From Acaryochloris marina S15 (lineage in GTDB: Bacteria > Cyanobacteriota > Cyanobacteriia > Thermosynechococcales > Thermosynechococcaceae), in NCBI RefSeq assembly GCF_018336915.1, contig NZ_CP064923.1, positions 5,100,001 to 5,132,000 on the forward strand: a stretch of 32,000 nt of DNA. Direction: 5' to 3'. The position numbers were made by a program, and so were the translations under genes. Shown here piece by piece: positions 1 through 7,604 of the stretch; positions within the stretch are counted from its first letter, which is position 1; every line of letters starts with the position of its first letter. The notes beneath the pieces were generated by a model. That model had not been told where the DNA came from and searched no databases. It worked only from the letters and a program-made list of their open reading frames with translations.

Positions 1-375
1 TTAATCCGCCCCCCACGTCAGAAATTTCAATTCACTCATATTCACGGCATTACCTGGTCAGATGTAAAACATCATCCAACCTTTGCCGAGCTGTGGCCAA
101 ATCTTCAACCTAAATTTGCTGGTAGTGACTTTGTCGCGGCCCACAATGCCAATTTTGATCGGTCAGTTCTCAATGCATGTTGCCAGATAGCAGAGTTAGA
201 TCCCTTACCGCTCCCTTTTCTCTGTACCGTCCAGCTTGCTCGGGAAGTATGGAACATTCGACCGACAAAATTACCCAACGTTTGTGACTTCTTAGATATC
301 CCATTACAGCACCACCAAGCCCTTTCAGATGCCGAAGCCTGCGCCAAAATAGTGATCGCAGCTCGGCAACAGTGA
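1..375 (+). CDS. 3'-5' exonuclease, DEDDh/DnaQ-epsilon-like (C-terminal part; 5' end outside window)
   Basis: Absent from the ORF track because no start codon lies in the window. Frame +1 is open from nt 1 to TGA at 373-375. It reads ...FVAAHNANFDRSVLNACC...LCTVQLAREVW...LQHHQALSDAEACAKIVIAARQQ*. AHNAxFD and HxAxxDA match the Exo II / Exo III-epsilon motifs of DEDDh exonucleases. The minus-strand track ORFs 105-347 and 170-520 look like shadows. Confidence 0.8.
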   Translation, partial: LIRPPRQKFQFTHIHGITWSDVKHHPTFAELWPNLQPKFAGSDFVAAHNANFDRSVLNACCQIAELDPLPLPFLCTVQLAREVWNIRPTKLPNVCDFLDIPLQHHQALSDAEACAKIVIAARQQ

Positions 376-516
376 ATGGTTTTACCTTTGAGTGGCTGGG
401 CTGATGGCCTAATTGATATTGTTCAACCTCATTCCTGAAGCGAAGAAAGTCGGTTCTTGACCCTTGCCATGATCTGAATCGAGAGTCCAACATAACGGTT
501 GAGGGATTAAACCTCG

Positions 517-1083
517 TCAAGAGTCAGCATTCAGTTCCAAAGTCATCAAGTACTCATCATAGAATTGTCCATCTTTGATAAAGGTTTCCGGCTCTGTACC
601 GTAGATATGGAAGTCAAAAGATTGGTAAAGGCGAATGGCACTTTTTTGTTGGGTGACAACCGTTAAGTTGACCCGCCTGATGCCAGCAATCATCGCTGCT
701 CGATGTAAGGCTTGACTCACCAGCGCTCTGCCACAGCCACGTCTACGAAAGTCGGGTAGGACATAAAGGCCCGCCAGATAAGCACGATGTTTTTCGTTAG
801 CGGCTTCATAGCGAGACAATCGAACAATGCCGAGGAGCTGTTTGCCTTGAAAGGCACCAAAGAAGCAACGATCCTCACTCTCGGCTAGTCGAACAGCAGT
901 TTCAGCGAGATTGGGTTCTGTTTCGGGGAGGGAACCAAAAGCTGGAGGCCGTTCATGGAGTGCACGCAGGCGCACTGAACGATATACTTCTGCATCAGTA
1001 GGCGTCAGCACCCGTGTACTGATACTGGACTCTAGGATTGGGTGATCGTCCATATAATGGGCAGCATATTGCCTACTCTGCAA
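517..1083 (-). CDS. GNAT family N-acetyltransferase
   Basis: 188-aa ORF. The acetyl-CoA binding motif A is RRRGCGRALVSQAL (R/Q-x-x-G-x-G/A), followed by ...AIRLYQSFDFHIYG, which is typical of GNAT folds. Confidence 0.85.
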   Translation of the reverse strand: MQSRQYAAHYMDDHPILESSISTRVLTPTDAEVYRSVRLRALHERPPAFGSLPETEPNLAETAVRLAESEDRCFFGAFQGKQLLGIVRLSRYEAANEKHRAYLAGLYVLPDFRRRGCGRALVSQALHRAAMIAGIRRVNLTVVTQQKSAIRLYQSFDFHIYGTEPETFIKDGQFYDEYLMTLELNADS

Positions 1084-1175
1084 TGATTAAGAGATTGAGT
1101 CTCACTGTTCCAAACAGATACTTTCATTGTTGTGGCGTTAGATTGAACTTATCAGAATTCAGTAAGAGTTAGAGA

Positions 1176-1412
1176 ATGGTAGCCGTTGATATGGAGCAAT
1201 ATATCGCAGCTAGTGAGATCATTGACTAGCATCATCCTGACATTGTTGCCCTGACCAATCACTTAGCTTCAATCTGTGAAGCATTGAGTGCGATGGCCGT
1301 TAGCGAAGCTCCTTCTCTGGAGGCAGGCCGGTCAAAGACCATCGCATACAACACCTGCCAACGAGTCGGCGATCAGATTCACCATCAATCTCGATACCAG
1401 GCACATCCTGTA
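1176..1412 (+). pseudogene. Decayed 5' fragment of a transglutaminase-like gene (paralogue of 2745-3422)
   Basis: ATG at 1176 followed by MVAVDMEQYIAASEIID* aligns with MVTDEMEQYLKASEVIDWHHPDIV of the intact gene. The TGG (Trp) codon is TAG at 1227-1229. Nucleotide similarity continues to about 1412 with an extra ~24 nt, then is lost. The upstream 1083-1175 also aligns with 2660-2744. Confidence 0.7.
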
Positions 1413-2032
1413 ATACACACACGGTAGATCAGTGAGAGGACTCATCGATTACTTCAAGATGGGGTAGAGTCATCCTACTTTTTATCCAGGTTATTAAAAC
1501 AGGCCTAGATTCTTTAGGTAATAGAGAGCTGATCTAATACTTGCAATCAACATTTGATCTTTGTATGTAAAATCTACAAAAGAAAAAAGCAAAGAAATAT
1601 TTCTTCATTCTAGGCCTAGTCTATCAAGACAATATATATGAGTTCTGACAAAGATAGATATAGCTCACTTTTATGTTGTAAATACTGGCCCGAGTATATC
1701 AAAAAGATAGGAGCATACTATAGAAGCAGGAAAAAAATACAGCTGCAAGCCTATATCTGAAAGCTTTCCAGAAATCCCTTAGAACCTTTTAGACTCATAT
1801 CGCTGTTAAAGATCACGTTTAAAAACAAGAAGTATCACGTTGTTGATGTGATCCAGGTTAGATAAACAGAAAGACTTTACCGATACCTTGTAAGAAGAGA
1901 GACAAACAGATTGAAAGCAAGTTTCTCGGTTATCTATTACTAATAAACAGAGAACTCAAAATGGCTTCATCTGGAGAATCTCTGATCAATCAGTCAACGT
2001 TCTAAATTTGATTTCTGTTGGAGGAATCCATC

Positions 2033-2356
2033 ATGCTAAAGCCAATAAAAGTTACCCTGCTAGGTGTAATGGCAGCAACCACAACTACACTCGCTATCCC
2101 TCAAGCGAATGCCTTCTCTCCATCGGTTGGACAACAGCCTGAAACTTCGGAGCAAGTTGAAAGCACATTAGTGGCTTCCCGATGGCGATCTCGGTGGCGA
2201 AAAAGACATAGAATTCGTCGAGTACGCTGGCGCAAAAAGTGGGTCTGCTTCAAGCGCCCAGTCGTCTTCTATCACCATGGCCGTAAAATCGTGAAGTTCA
2301 AGCGGCATTGTCACTGGAAAAGGTTCCGCGTCCATCATGGCGGACATCATTTCTAA
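2033..2356 (+). CDS. Small secreted protein: signal peptide, short acidic segment, extremely cationic Arg/Lys/His/Trp-rich C-terminal region
   Basis: The track ORF starts at TTG 2018. I prefer ATG 2033, which has GGAGGA at 2020-2025 seven nt upstream. The N-terminus MLKPIKVTLLGVMAATTTTLAIPQANA|FSP has n/h/c regions and an A-x-A cleavage site. Residues 28-49 carry three Glu. The last 58 aa contain 15 R, 8 K, 9 H, 5 W, 2 C and no acidic residue. No family recognised. Confidence 0.55.
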   Translation: MLKPIKVTLLGVMAATTTTLAIPQANAFSPSVGQQPETSEQVESTLVASRWRSRWRKRHRIRRVRWRKKWVCFKRPVVFYHHGRKIVKFKRHCHWKRFRVHHGGHHF

Positions 2357-2585
2357 ATTGTGATGCTAATTGATAGCAAACTCAGGCCTGAGATTTATCG
2401 ATAATGTCATTGATTAGAATGAACTTCAGCAACTCTAGGAGATTTGGTTCTTCTGGAGTTGCTTGGGCGAAAAATAATTGGTCAACGACTTTTCTAATGG
2501 GTGGAGTAGCTTCAAAAAATCAGGCCTGGCAATTCAGTACCATCGGAACTGGCACTATCCCGTAAGTGTTAGATGTTGGTCAATA

Positions 2586-2659
2586 GGAGTTGTTTGCCTT
2601 GCCATGGGACCAATCATTACTTTCGGCTAGCCGAACAGCAGGTTCAGCGAGATTAGGTC
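2586..2659 (-). pseudogene. Remnant of a GNAT acetyltransferase gene (paralogue of 517-1083)
   Basis: ggagttgtttgcctt...ctttcggctagccgaacagcaggttcagcgagattaggtc aligns with 834-918 of the intact GNAT gene (ggagctgtttgcctt...ctctcggctagtcgaacagcagtttcagcgagattgggttc). The remnant has an 11-nt deletion. The equivalent of GNAT nt 919-1083 (N-terminal ~55 codons) is missing. Confidence 0.6.
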
Positions 2660-2744
2660 TTATTTAAGTATCACTCTTCTAAACAGGTACTATTTTGATT
2701 ATGACTTTAGATTGAACCTATCAGAACACAGTGAGAGGTCAAGC

Positions 2745-3422
2745 ATGGTAACCGATGAGATGGAGCAATATCTCAAAGCCAGTGAGGTTATTGACTGGCA
2801 CCATCCTGACATTGTTGCACTGGCTCATCAGTTGGCATCAGGCTGTGAATCATCAACTGCAATGACCAATAGCCGGTCAAAGACCATCGCCAAACAATCC
2901 TTCGAATGGGTCCGCGATCAGATTCGCCATAGTTCTGACTATCAGATGAATCCTGTCACCTGCCGCGCCTCTGAAGTCCTCAAACACAAAACAGGCTACT
3001 GCTTTGCCAAAAGTCATCTATTAGCCGCACTCCTCCGAGCCAACCATATCCCAGTGGGATTTTGTTACCAGCGACTCAGCATTGATGACCAAGGTGCACC
3101 CTATAGTTTGCATGGGTTTAATGCCATTTATTTGCCAGAAACAGGTTGGTATCGCGTAGATGCGAGGGGCAATAAACCAGGTATCGATGCTCAATTTACG
3201 CCACCCCAGGAAAAGCTCGCCTTTAGTCTACAGTTTGCAGAAGAGGCAGACTTTCCTGCCGTACTGGCTGAGCCGTTGCCTATTGTTGTATCGGCGTTGC
3301 GATGGTCTTTGACCGGCCATCGGCCATCGCACCCCACTTGGGATGACATGCTCCGCAATCTTCCAGACATTTCCTTGGAGTCTGCAAAGCAGCATGGACT
3401 AGAGACAAAAAATGATAACTGA
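2745..3422 (+). CDS. Transglutaminase-like (cysteine-protease fold) superfamily protein
   Basis: The track ORF begins at TTG 2712. The in-frame ATG at 2745 with GAGAGG upstream is more likely. Candidate Cys-His-Asp triad: KTGYCFAKSHLLAALLRA (Cys), YSLHGFNAIY (His), GWYRVDARGN (Asp). Spacing is typical of bacterial transglutaminase-like enzymes. Confidence 0.8.
   Translation: MVTDEMEQYLKASEVIDWHHPDIVALAHQLASGCESSTAMTNSRSKTIAKQSFEWVRDQIRHSSDYQMNPVTCRASEVLKHKTGYCFAKSHLLAALLRANHIPVGFCYQRLSIDDQGAPYSLHGFNAIYLPETGWYRVDARGNKPGIDAQFTPPQEKLAFSLQFAEEADFPAVLAEPLPIVVSALRWSLTGHRPSHPTWDDMLRNLPDISLESAKQHGLETKNDN
2857..2890 (+). repeat. Left arm of intragenic inverted repeat (partner 3299-3332)
   Basis: ctgcaatgaccaatagccggtcaaagaccatcgc. 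The reverse complement of 3299-3332 is gtgcgatggccgatggccggtcaaagaccatcgc, giving 29/34 identity. The inner 19 nt (2872-2890 vs 3299-3317) are perfect. The same 19-mer also occurs at 1327-1345 in the pseudogene copy. Confidence 0.9.
3299..3332 (-). repeat. Right arm of intragenic inverted repeat (partner 2857-2890)
   Basis: See the left arm. Both arms lie in frame inside the transglutaminase-like CDS, 408 bp apart (2891-3298). Confidence 0.9.
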
Positions 3423-3432
3423 CGTAGTTTGG

Positions 3433-3466
3433 GAGCCGTAAATGCTGTTTTTACGGCTCTTCTTAG
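3433..3466 (+). terminator. Putative rho-independent terminator after the transglutaminase-like gene
   Basis: 10-bp perfect stem gagccgtaaa (3433-3442) / tttacggctc (3450-3459) with a 7-nt loop, followed by a T-rich tail ttcttag. It starts 11 nt after the stop codon. Confidence 0.55.
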
Positions 3467-3559
3467 CCTGATTTCCTCTAATTTACTGAGGAAAGCACTG
3501 GTACAGGAAGTTAGCTATGCGCCCCACTGATATCCAGATATTGCTCATAACCAGAAGTA

Positions 3560-3940
3560 TTAGCCGTTATTATCAACATCTAGTGCCATTTTCCAATCAC
3601 CCTCTTCATCACGACGATAACCAATCACTAAACGGCCCGCACCTCCTCCTTGCTCTCCAGTTTCTTTATGAGTCGTCTTGACGTCAAAGTGAGTGACCAT
3701 AATTGCAAAATCACCCAATATTTTGATTTCGTCAATTTCAACCTCAGACTTAAACGTGAACGCTTTTATACGCGGTGCATACTTATCACGCAGAGCCTGG
3801 AGACCCATCGATGTTGGAGAATTTTCGTTACAAATGATGAGGTCTGGGTCACAAATTGCCACCAATCTTTCAATATCACCACTATCTAGGGCTGCATTCC
3901 ATTCGTCGAGGGCAGCTTTGAGCTTTTCAATGTCATTCAT
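3560..3940 (-). CDS. SnoaL/NTF2-like (DUF4440-type) small protein
   Basis: 126-aa ORF. The N-terminus ...LKAALDEWNAALDSGDIERLVAICDPDLII... and overall length fit the NTF2-like/ketosteroid-isomerase-like fold family. It starts 4 nt after the stop of the upstream ORF, suggesting an operon. Confidence 0.65.
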   Translation of the reverse strand: MNDIEKLKAALDEWNAALDSGDIERLVAICDPDLIICNENSPTSMGLQALRDKYAPRIKAFTFKSEVEIDEIKILGDFAIMVTHFDVKTTHKETGEQGGGAGRLVIGYRRDEEGDWKMALDVDNNG

Positions 3941-3944
3941 CGTT

Positions 3945-4250
3945 CTATGCCTCAGTAGGTAAGTATTCAGTAAAATATTGTCCGACTAGCGTCTCTTCAA
4001 TTTCGGCCAGAAACGCTTGGGTCCGCTCACGTTCGGCAAATTGTGGCGTTACTCGTTTTGCGGTTTCTTCATTGGGGAACGTATATATTTCCGCAAAGAG
4101 TGTGGGCCGATCAGGGGATATGGTCACATAGGTTTTCCATGAGGTAACTCCTTCCAAGGAGGTGAAATCTGCCCACGCCCGCTCTCTGATGGCAGCAGCA
4201 CGCTGAGGATCTTTCATCTTCAACACAAAAATCTCTGTTATTTCAGCCAT
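3945..4250 (-). CDS. Small alpha+beta barrel protein, ABM (antibiotic biosynthesis monooxygenase)-like
   Basis: 101-aa ORF of ABM-domain size, with pattern IFVLKMKD...AW...F..LEGV....TYV. The family call comes from pattern memory only. It is divergent from the LysR gene. Confidence 0.45.
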   Translation of the reverse strand: MAEITEIFVLKMKDPQRAAAIRERAWADFTSLEGVTSWKTYVTISPDRPTLFAEIYTFPNEETAKRVTPQFAERERTQAFLAEIEETLVGQYFTEYLPTEA

Positions 4251-4469
4251 AGTCGCCTCTCTGTATATGGGGACACGTTAAATCCGGCCTTATTTAATTG
4301 TTTGGAGTCGCTCGTGACTAGCTGCCCCAAAAAATCAAATAAAGCTCGCGAATCTCTGAAGGCCGGAGTAATATCTGCGTACTTTTGAACCCCGACCACT
4401 CAAATATAGGCAAGTTTATTGTTACTGTAAATAGAACTATAAAAAACAGATTGCTCTGTTAAATGAACA

Positions 4470-5369
4470 ATGAAAAATGCAAGTCTGAATGATATCTGGG
4501 TATTTGCGGAAGTCGCACGGGCGCAAGGGTTTCGTGCGGCGGCAGCCAATCTGAATCTTGGGGTTGGGTCGGTCAGTGAAACGATCCAACGTCTTGAAAG
4601 ACGTTTGGGTGTCCGCTTAATTGAGCGCACCACCCGAAAAATATCTTTGACCTATGCAGGCGAACAACTGTTTGAAAGAAGCCTGCCTGCTCTAACTGAT
4701 TTAGCCAGTGCGCTGGATGATTTGAACGACGATCAAAACACAATTGCTGGCACATTGCGTCTGTCAGCGCCCCGAAGCAGCTCTCCATTTTTTCTCGATG
4801 AGGTGATCGCGAAATACTGTGCGACCTATCCAGCCGTCAATCTTGAAATCATGTATGACGATCACAAAGTCGATCTAGTCGCGTCTGGTGTTGACGCAGC
4901 GATTCGCTCCCAAACGTTGGTGCAGAAAGGCTCCTTCTCCGTTGAAATTGGTCCGAAACTAGACATGGCTCTGGTCGCCTCTCCCACCTATCTAGAGCAA
5001 AACGGCAGCCCCAAAAAGCCGACGGATCTCACAGACTATGACGGCATACGCTTTGGCTTTGGGGGTACAGATCGACTGGCCCCGTGGTCATTTGTGGAAG
5101 GTAAAAGTAAAAAAAATTACACCGTCTCGCCCAAATCGCGCATGATCGTCAACGATTTGGTGTCGATGATCAATTTTGCCAAGGCTGGGCTAGGACTGGC
5201 ATATGTTTATCGAAAGCCCGCCGAAACTTTCATGGCTTCAGGCGAGTTAGTCACGCTGTTTGATCAATACATTCCGTCATTGCCCCGTTACACCATTAAC
5301 TATCTGACGAAGCGCCATGTGCCCGCGCGATTAAAAGCATTTATTGATCTGGCTAAGAAGATAGGGTAA
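4470..5369 (+). CDS. LysR-family transcriptional regulator
   Basis: 299 aa. N-terminal wHTH: LNDIWVFAEVARAQGFRAAAANLNLGVGSVSETIQRLERRLGVRLIERTTRKISLTYAGEQL, followed by a periplasmic-binding-protein-like effector domain. It is divergently arranged to a two-gene operon, which is classic for LysR regulators. Confidence 0.9.
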   Translation: MKNASLNDIWVFAEVARAQGFRAAAANLNLGVGSVSETIQRLERRLGVRLIERTTRKISLTYAGEQLFERSLPALTDLASALDDLNDDQNTIAGTLRLSAPRSSSPFFLDEVIAKYCATYPAVNLEIMYDDHKVDLVASGVDAAIRSQTLVQKGSFSVEIGPKLDMALVASPTYLEQNGSPKKPTDLTDYDGIRFGFGGTDRLAPWSFVEGKSKKNYTVSPKSRMIVNDLVSMINFAKAGLGLAYVYRKPAETFMASGELVTLFDQYIPSLPRYTINYLTKRHVPARLKAFIDLAKKIG

Positions 5370-5420
5370 GCGATTGAACCATGGCACTTTTAGATTAGCC
5401 ATTGCTTATGTCGGCAAGGG

Positions 5421-5458
5421 TAAAAAAATATCTCCCCAACATCAGCCAGGGAGATATT
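5421..5458 (-). terminator. Rho-independent terminator downstream of the transketolase-like gene
   Basis: On the minus strand: stem aatatctccc (5449-5458 rc) / gggagatatt (5427-5436 rc), 10 bp perfect, with a 12-nt loop. A T7 run follows (A-run 5422-5428 on the plus strand). Confidence 0.65.
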
Positions 5459-5480
5459 CCAAGATTGAATCTAATTGAGA

Positions 5481-7382
5481 TTAGCTAGCGAGAGACTTAA
5501 CGGTCTTCATAATGCCAGCGGGGTCAATTCCCTGGTGAGGGAATTGCTCCCAAAGACCACCGCAACCTTCTTCATGGGTACCCAAGTAAGCAAACTTAGG
5601 AGATAAACCACGCTCTAGCAACCAAGAACCAAAGCGGCTACCTAGACCAGTCCGACGGTTGAAGGACTCAACCACCACCACAAAAGAGGTGGCTCCAATC
5701 TTTTTCATCATGTCCTCATCCACCACATTGAGGGTGGACTTATTGATTAGACCGACATCAATGCCTTCTTTCTTCAGACGCTCAACAGCATCCAAAGACC
5801 GATAGAGGGCTTCACCAAAGCTGACAATATAACCCGCAGTCCCTTCACGGACCACTTCGTCTTTACCAGGGGTAAAGGTGTAGTTCCCTGCATACAGCTC
5901 ACCACCCTTGGTATCTGTAAGGAGAGGCACCTTAGAGCGAGTGGAGAAGATAAACCGAAGACCAGGATTGTTAAACACCGACTTCACACAGGCCTTCATC
6001 TGGTTAGCATCAGCCGGGAAATAGAGCCGAGTCTCGTAACCATCATCCAAACCATTATCGGCAAACATATTGTTGATACCGAAGTGGCAGGTATTATCCG
6101 CCATGTCGTCAATTCCCGCATGGGAGAAGTGACAGAGCAAGTTGGACTTGTTCAAGCGGGCCATGGTGATTTCAGAGATACACATCTCCAAAAAGGCACT
6201 AAAGGTGGCGAAAATGCCCTGCTTGCCTTTGGCCATCCCAAAACCGGCAGCCGCAGAGAGGTTACCCCGCTCTTGAATACCACCACTGATAAAGATTTCA
6301 GGGTTAGCAGCCCGAATCTTGTGGAGACCACAGGACCCTTCTAGGTCGCTATCTACCACGAGCACCTTAGCCTTGCGGTCGTCTTCGCTCATGCCGCTGA
6401 GGACGTCAACGACGGCATCACCGAAGACGTTACGGTTGGAGTCGTACTTCTCAGAGGCCCCAAGGAAGGTATAGTCCTGACTGGGTTTGACAACGCTCTT
6501 CAGATTGGCAACCGCATCAGAATGACCGCGAGCCTCTAGATACTTGAGGGCGGCATCCACAGAAATCACGTCATGACCGTGGTTAGACCCTTCCAGGCCG
6601 TCAATACCCACACACATAGCCCGCTTGTTGATGACAGCCACGGGACCGGGGGTGTTTATGGCTTCACAAATGCGAGCGTAGAGCCCGTCAACATCTTCGC
6701 CATCGCCTTCTAGAACCTTGAGACCATGACCTTCTAAAGTCTTTTTGACGCTAAAACCAGGCAGATAGTCGGAAGGGCTACCGGCAATAGTGATGTCGTT
6801 ATCATCAATTAGGAGTTTGACATTAATCTGCTGAGCAACGGCTAAACGAGCGGCTTCAGCGTCATTGCCTTCTTGTTGAGATCCGTCTGAACCTAAACAG
6901 AAAGCCGTTTTGCCAGGATTCGCGAGAGCAACACCATTCACATAGGGCCACATATGTCCCAATCGACCCGAGCTGAATTTAACGCCAGGGGTAAGACCCA
7001 GTTCAGGGTGTCCCGGCAAGGTGGAGTTGGCACCCCGATAGTTCATCAACTGCTCAGCAGGCAAGGAGCCTTCTAAAGTAGACATCAAGTATTGCGTAGC
7101 GACTCGGTGTCCAGCTTCGTCAAAAAAGATAGGAACATACTTGTCGGAACTCCCCCGAAAGAGAGCATCCAAAATCATGACTTCGGGGACAGTATCGTAG
7201 GGTCCACCCGTATGTCCGCCCACGCCTCTGGCTGCACCAGTAGCGGTAAAAAATACAATGGCATCACGGCAAAGCTGAATATTCGCTTTAAGAGCATCCC
7301 GTTGCTCTGGGGTGAGTTTGGGATTGCTAGCGTCCAGGGTAAGCGGTTTATAAGCTTTTAAATTAATAGGGAATGTTGACAT
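5481..7382 (-). CDS. Transketolase-family thiamine-diphosphate enzyme (atypical 633-aa paralogue)
   Basis: N-terminal GGHTGGPYD, a variant of the transketolase GHxGG motif. ThDP/Mg motif: GSDGSQQEGNDAEAARLAVAQQINVKLLIDDNDITI. Middle Pyr domain (FGMAKGKQGIFATFSAFLEM) and C-terminal domain are also present. N-terminus and length differ from the canonical ~670-aa TktA. Confidence 0.85.
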   Translation of the reverse strand: MSTFPINLKAYKPLTLDASNPKLTPEQRDALKANIQLCRDAIVFFTATGAARGVGGHTGGPYDTVPEVMILDALFRGSSDKYVPIFFDEAGHRVATQYLMSTLEGSLPAEQLMNYRGANSTLPGHPELGLTPGVKFSSGRLGHMWPYVNGVALANPGKTAFCLGSDGSQQEGNDAEAARLAVAQQINVKLLIDDNDITIAGSPSDYLPGFSVKKTLEGHGLKVLEGDGEDVDGLYARICEAINTPGPVAVINKRAMCVGIDGLEGSNHGHDVISVDAALKYLEARGHSDAVANLKSVVKPSQDYTFLGASEKYDSNRNVFGDAVVDVLSGMSEDDRKAKVLVVDSDLEGSCGLHKIRAANPEIFISGGIQERGNLSAAAGFGMAKGKQGIFATFSAFLEMCISEITMARLNKSNLLCHFSHAGIDDMADNTCHFGINNMFADNGLDDGYETRLYFPADANQMKACVKSVFNNPGLRFIFSTRSKVPLLTDTKGGELYAGNYTFTPGKDEVVREGTAGYIVSFGEALYRSLDAVERLKKEGIDVGLINKSTLNVVDEDMMKKIGATSFVVVVESFNRRTGLGSRFGSWLLERGLSPKFAYLGTHEEGCGGLWEQFPHQGIDPAGIMKTVKSLAS

Positions 7383-7604
7383 AGAAGCTGTTCCTTAAAT
7401 GGGTCAATGTGAAGAGTTATAACGGGCTAGCCTGGCTATCGTACCATTTTGTCTTTATTGCTCTAGGAGTTTTTCAATCCTTAGACCTGAGGTCATCTCA
7501 GGCTAATCTCAACCGAAGACACATGAGCTGACAAGGCTGAATGGTGATATTGCCGCCAAGCTGCAATTTCTTAAGTATTTTTACCTATTATACTGGCTTG
7601 TTGT

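Noticed and set aside
105-520. Two minus-strand track ORFs (105-347, 170-520)
   Set aside because: They overlap a plus-strand frame that is open from the window edge and carries clear DEDDh exonuclease motifs. Their own products are low-complexity and motif-free, so they look like shadow ORFs.
1638-1760. 40-aa sORF (MSSDKDRYSSLLCCKYWPEYIKKIGAYYRSRKKIQLQAYI) in the AT-rich island
   Set aside because: No Shine-Dalgarno sequence, AT-rich context where short ORFs arise by chance, and no recognisable motif. Not supportable as a gene from sequence alone.
2168-2350. 60-aa minus-strand ORF antisense to the cationic-peptide gene
   Set aside because: It lies entirely inside the plus-strand ORF, which has a signal peptide and RBS. 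The antisense frame is kept open simply by the Arg/Lys/His codon composition.
4416-4430. TTA-N9-TAA dyad (ttattgttactgtaa), a possible LysR T-N11-A box about 40 bp upstream of the LysR start
   Set aside because: The motif is short and AT-rich in an AT-rich intergenic region, so it is easily a chance match. Not reported as a feature.
6084-7361. Antisense ORFs inside well-supported genes. Examples: 6084-6344, 7092-7361, 8033-8277, 8962-9276, 11034-11338, 12927-13112, 14362-14610, 16859-17556, 22102-23150, 23866-24132, 26860-27289, 29553-30341, 30999-31223
   Set aside because: Each is fully nested in a longer ORF on the other strand or frame that has clear family motifs. Their compositions are typical of shadow frames.
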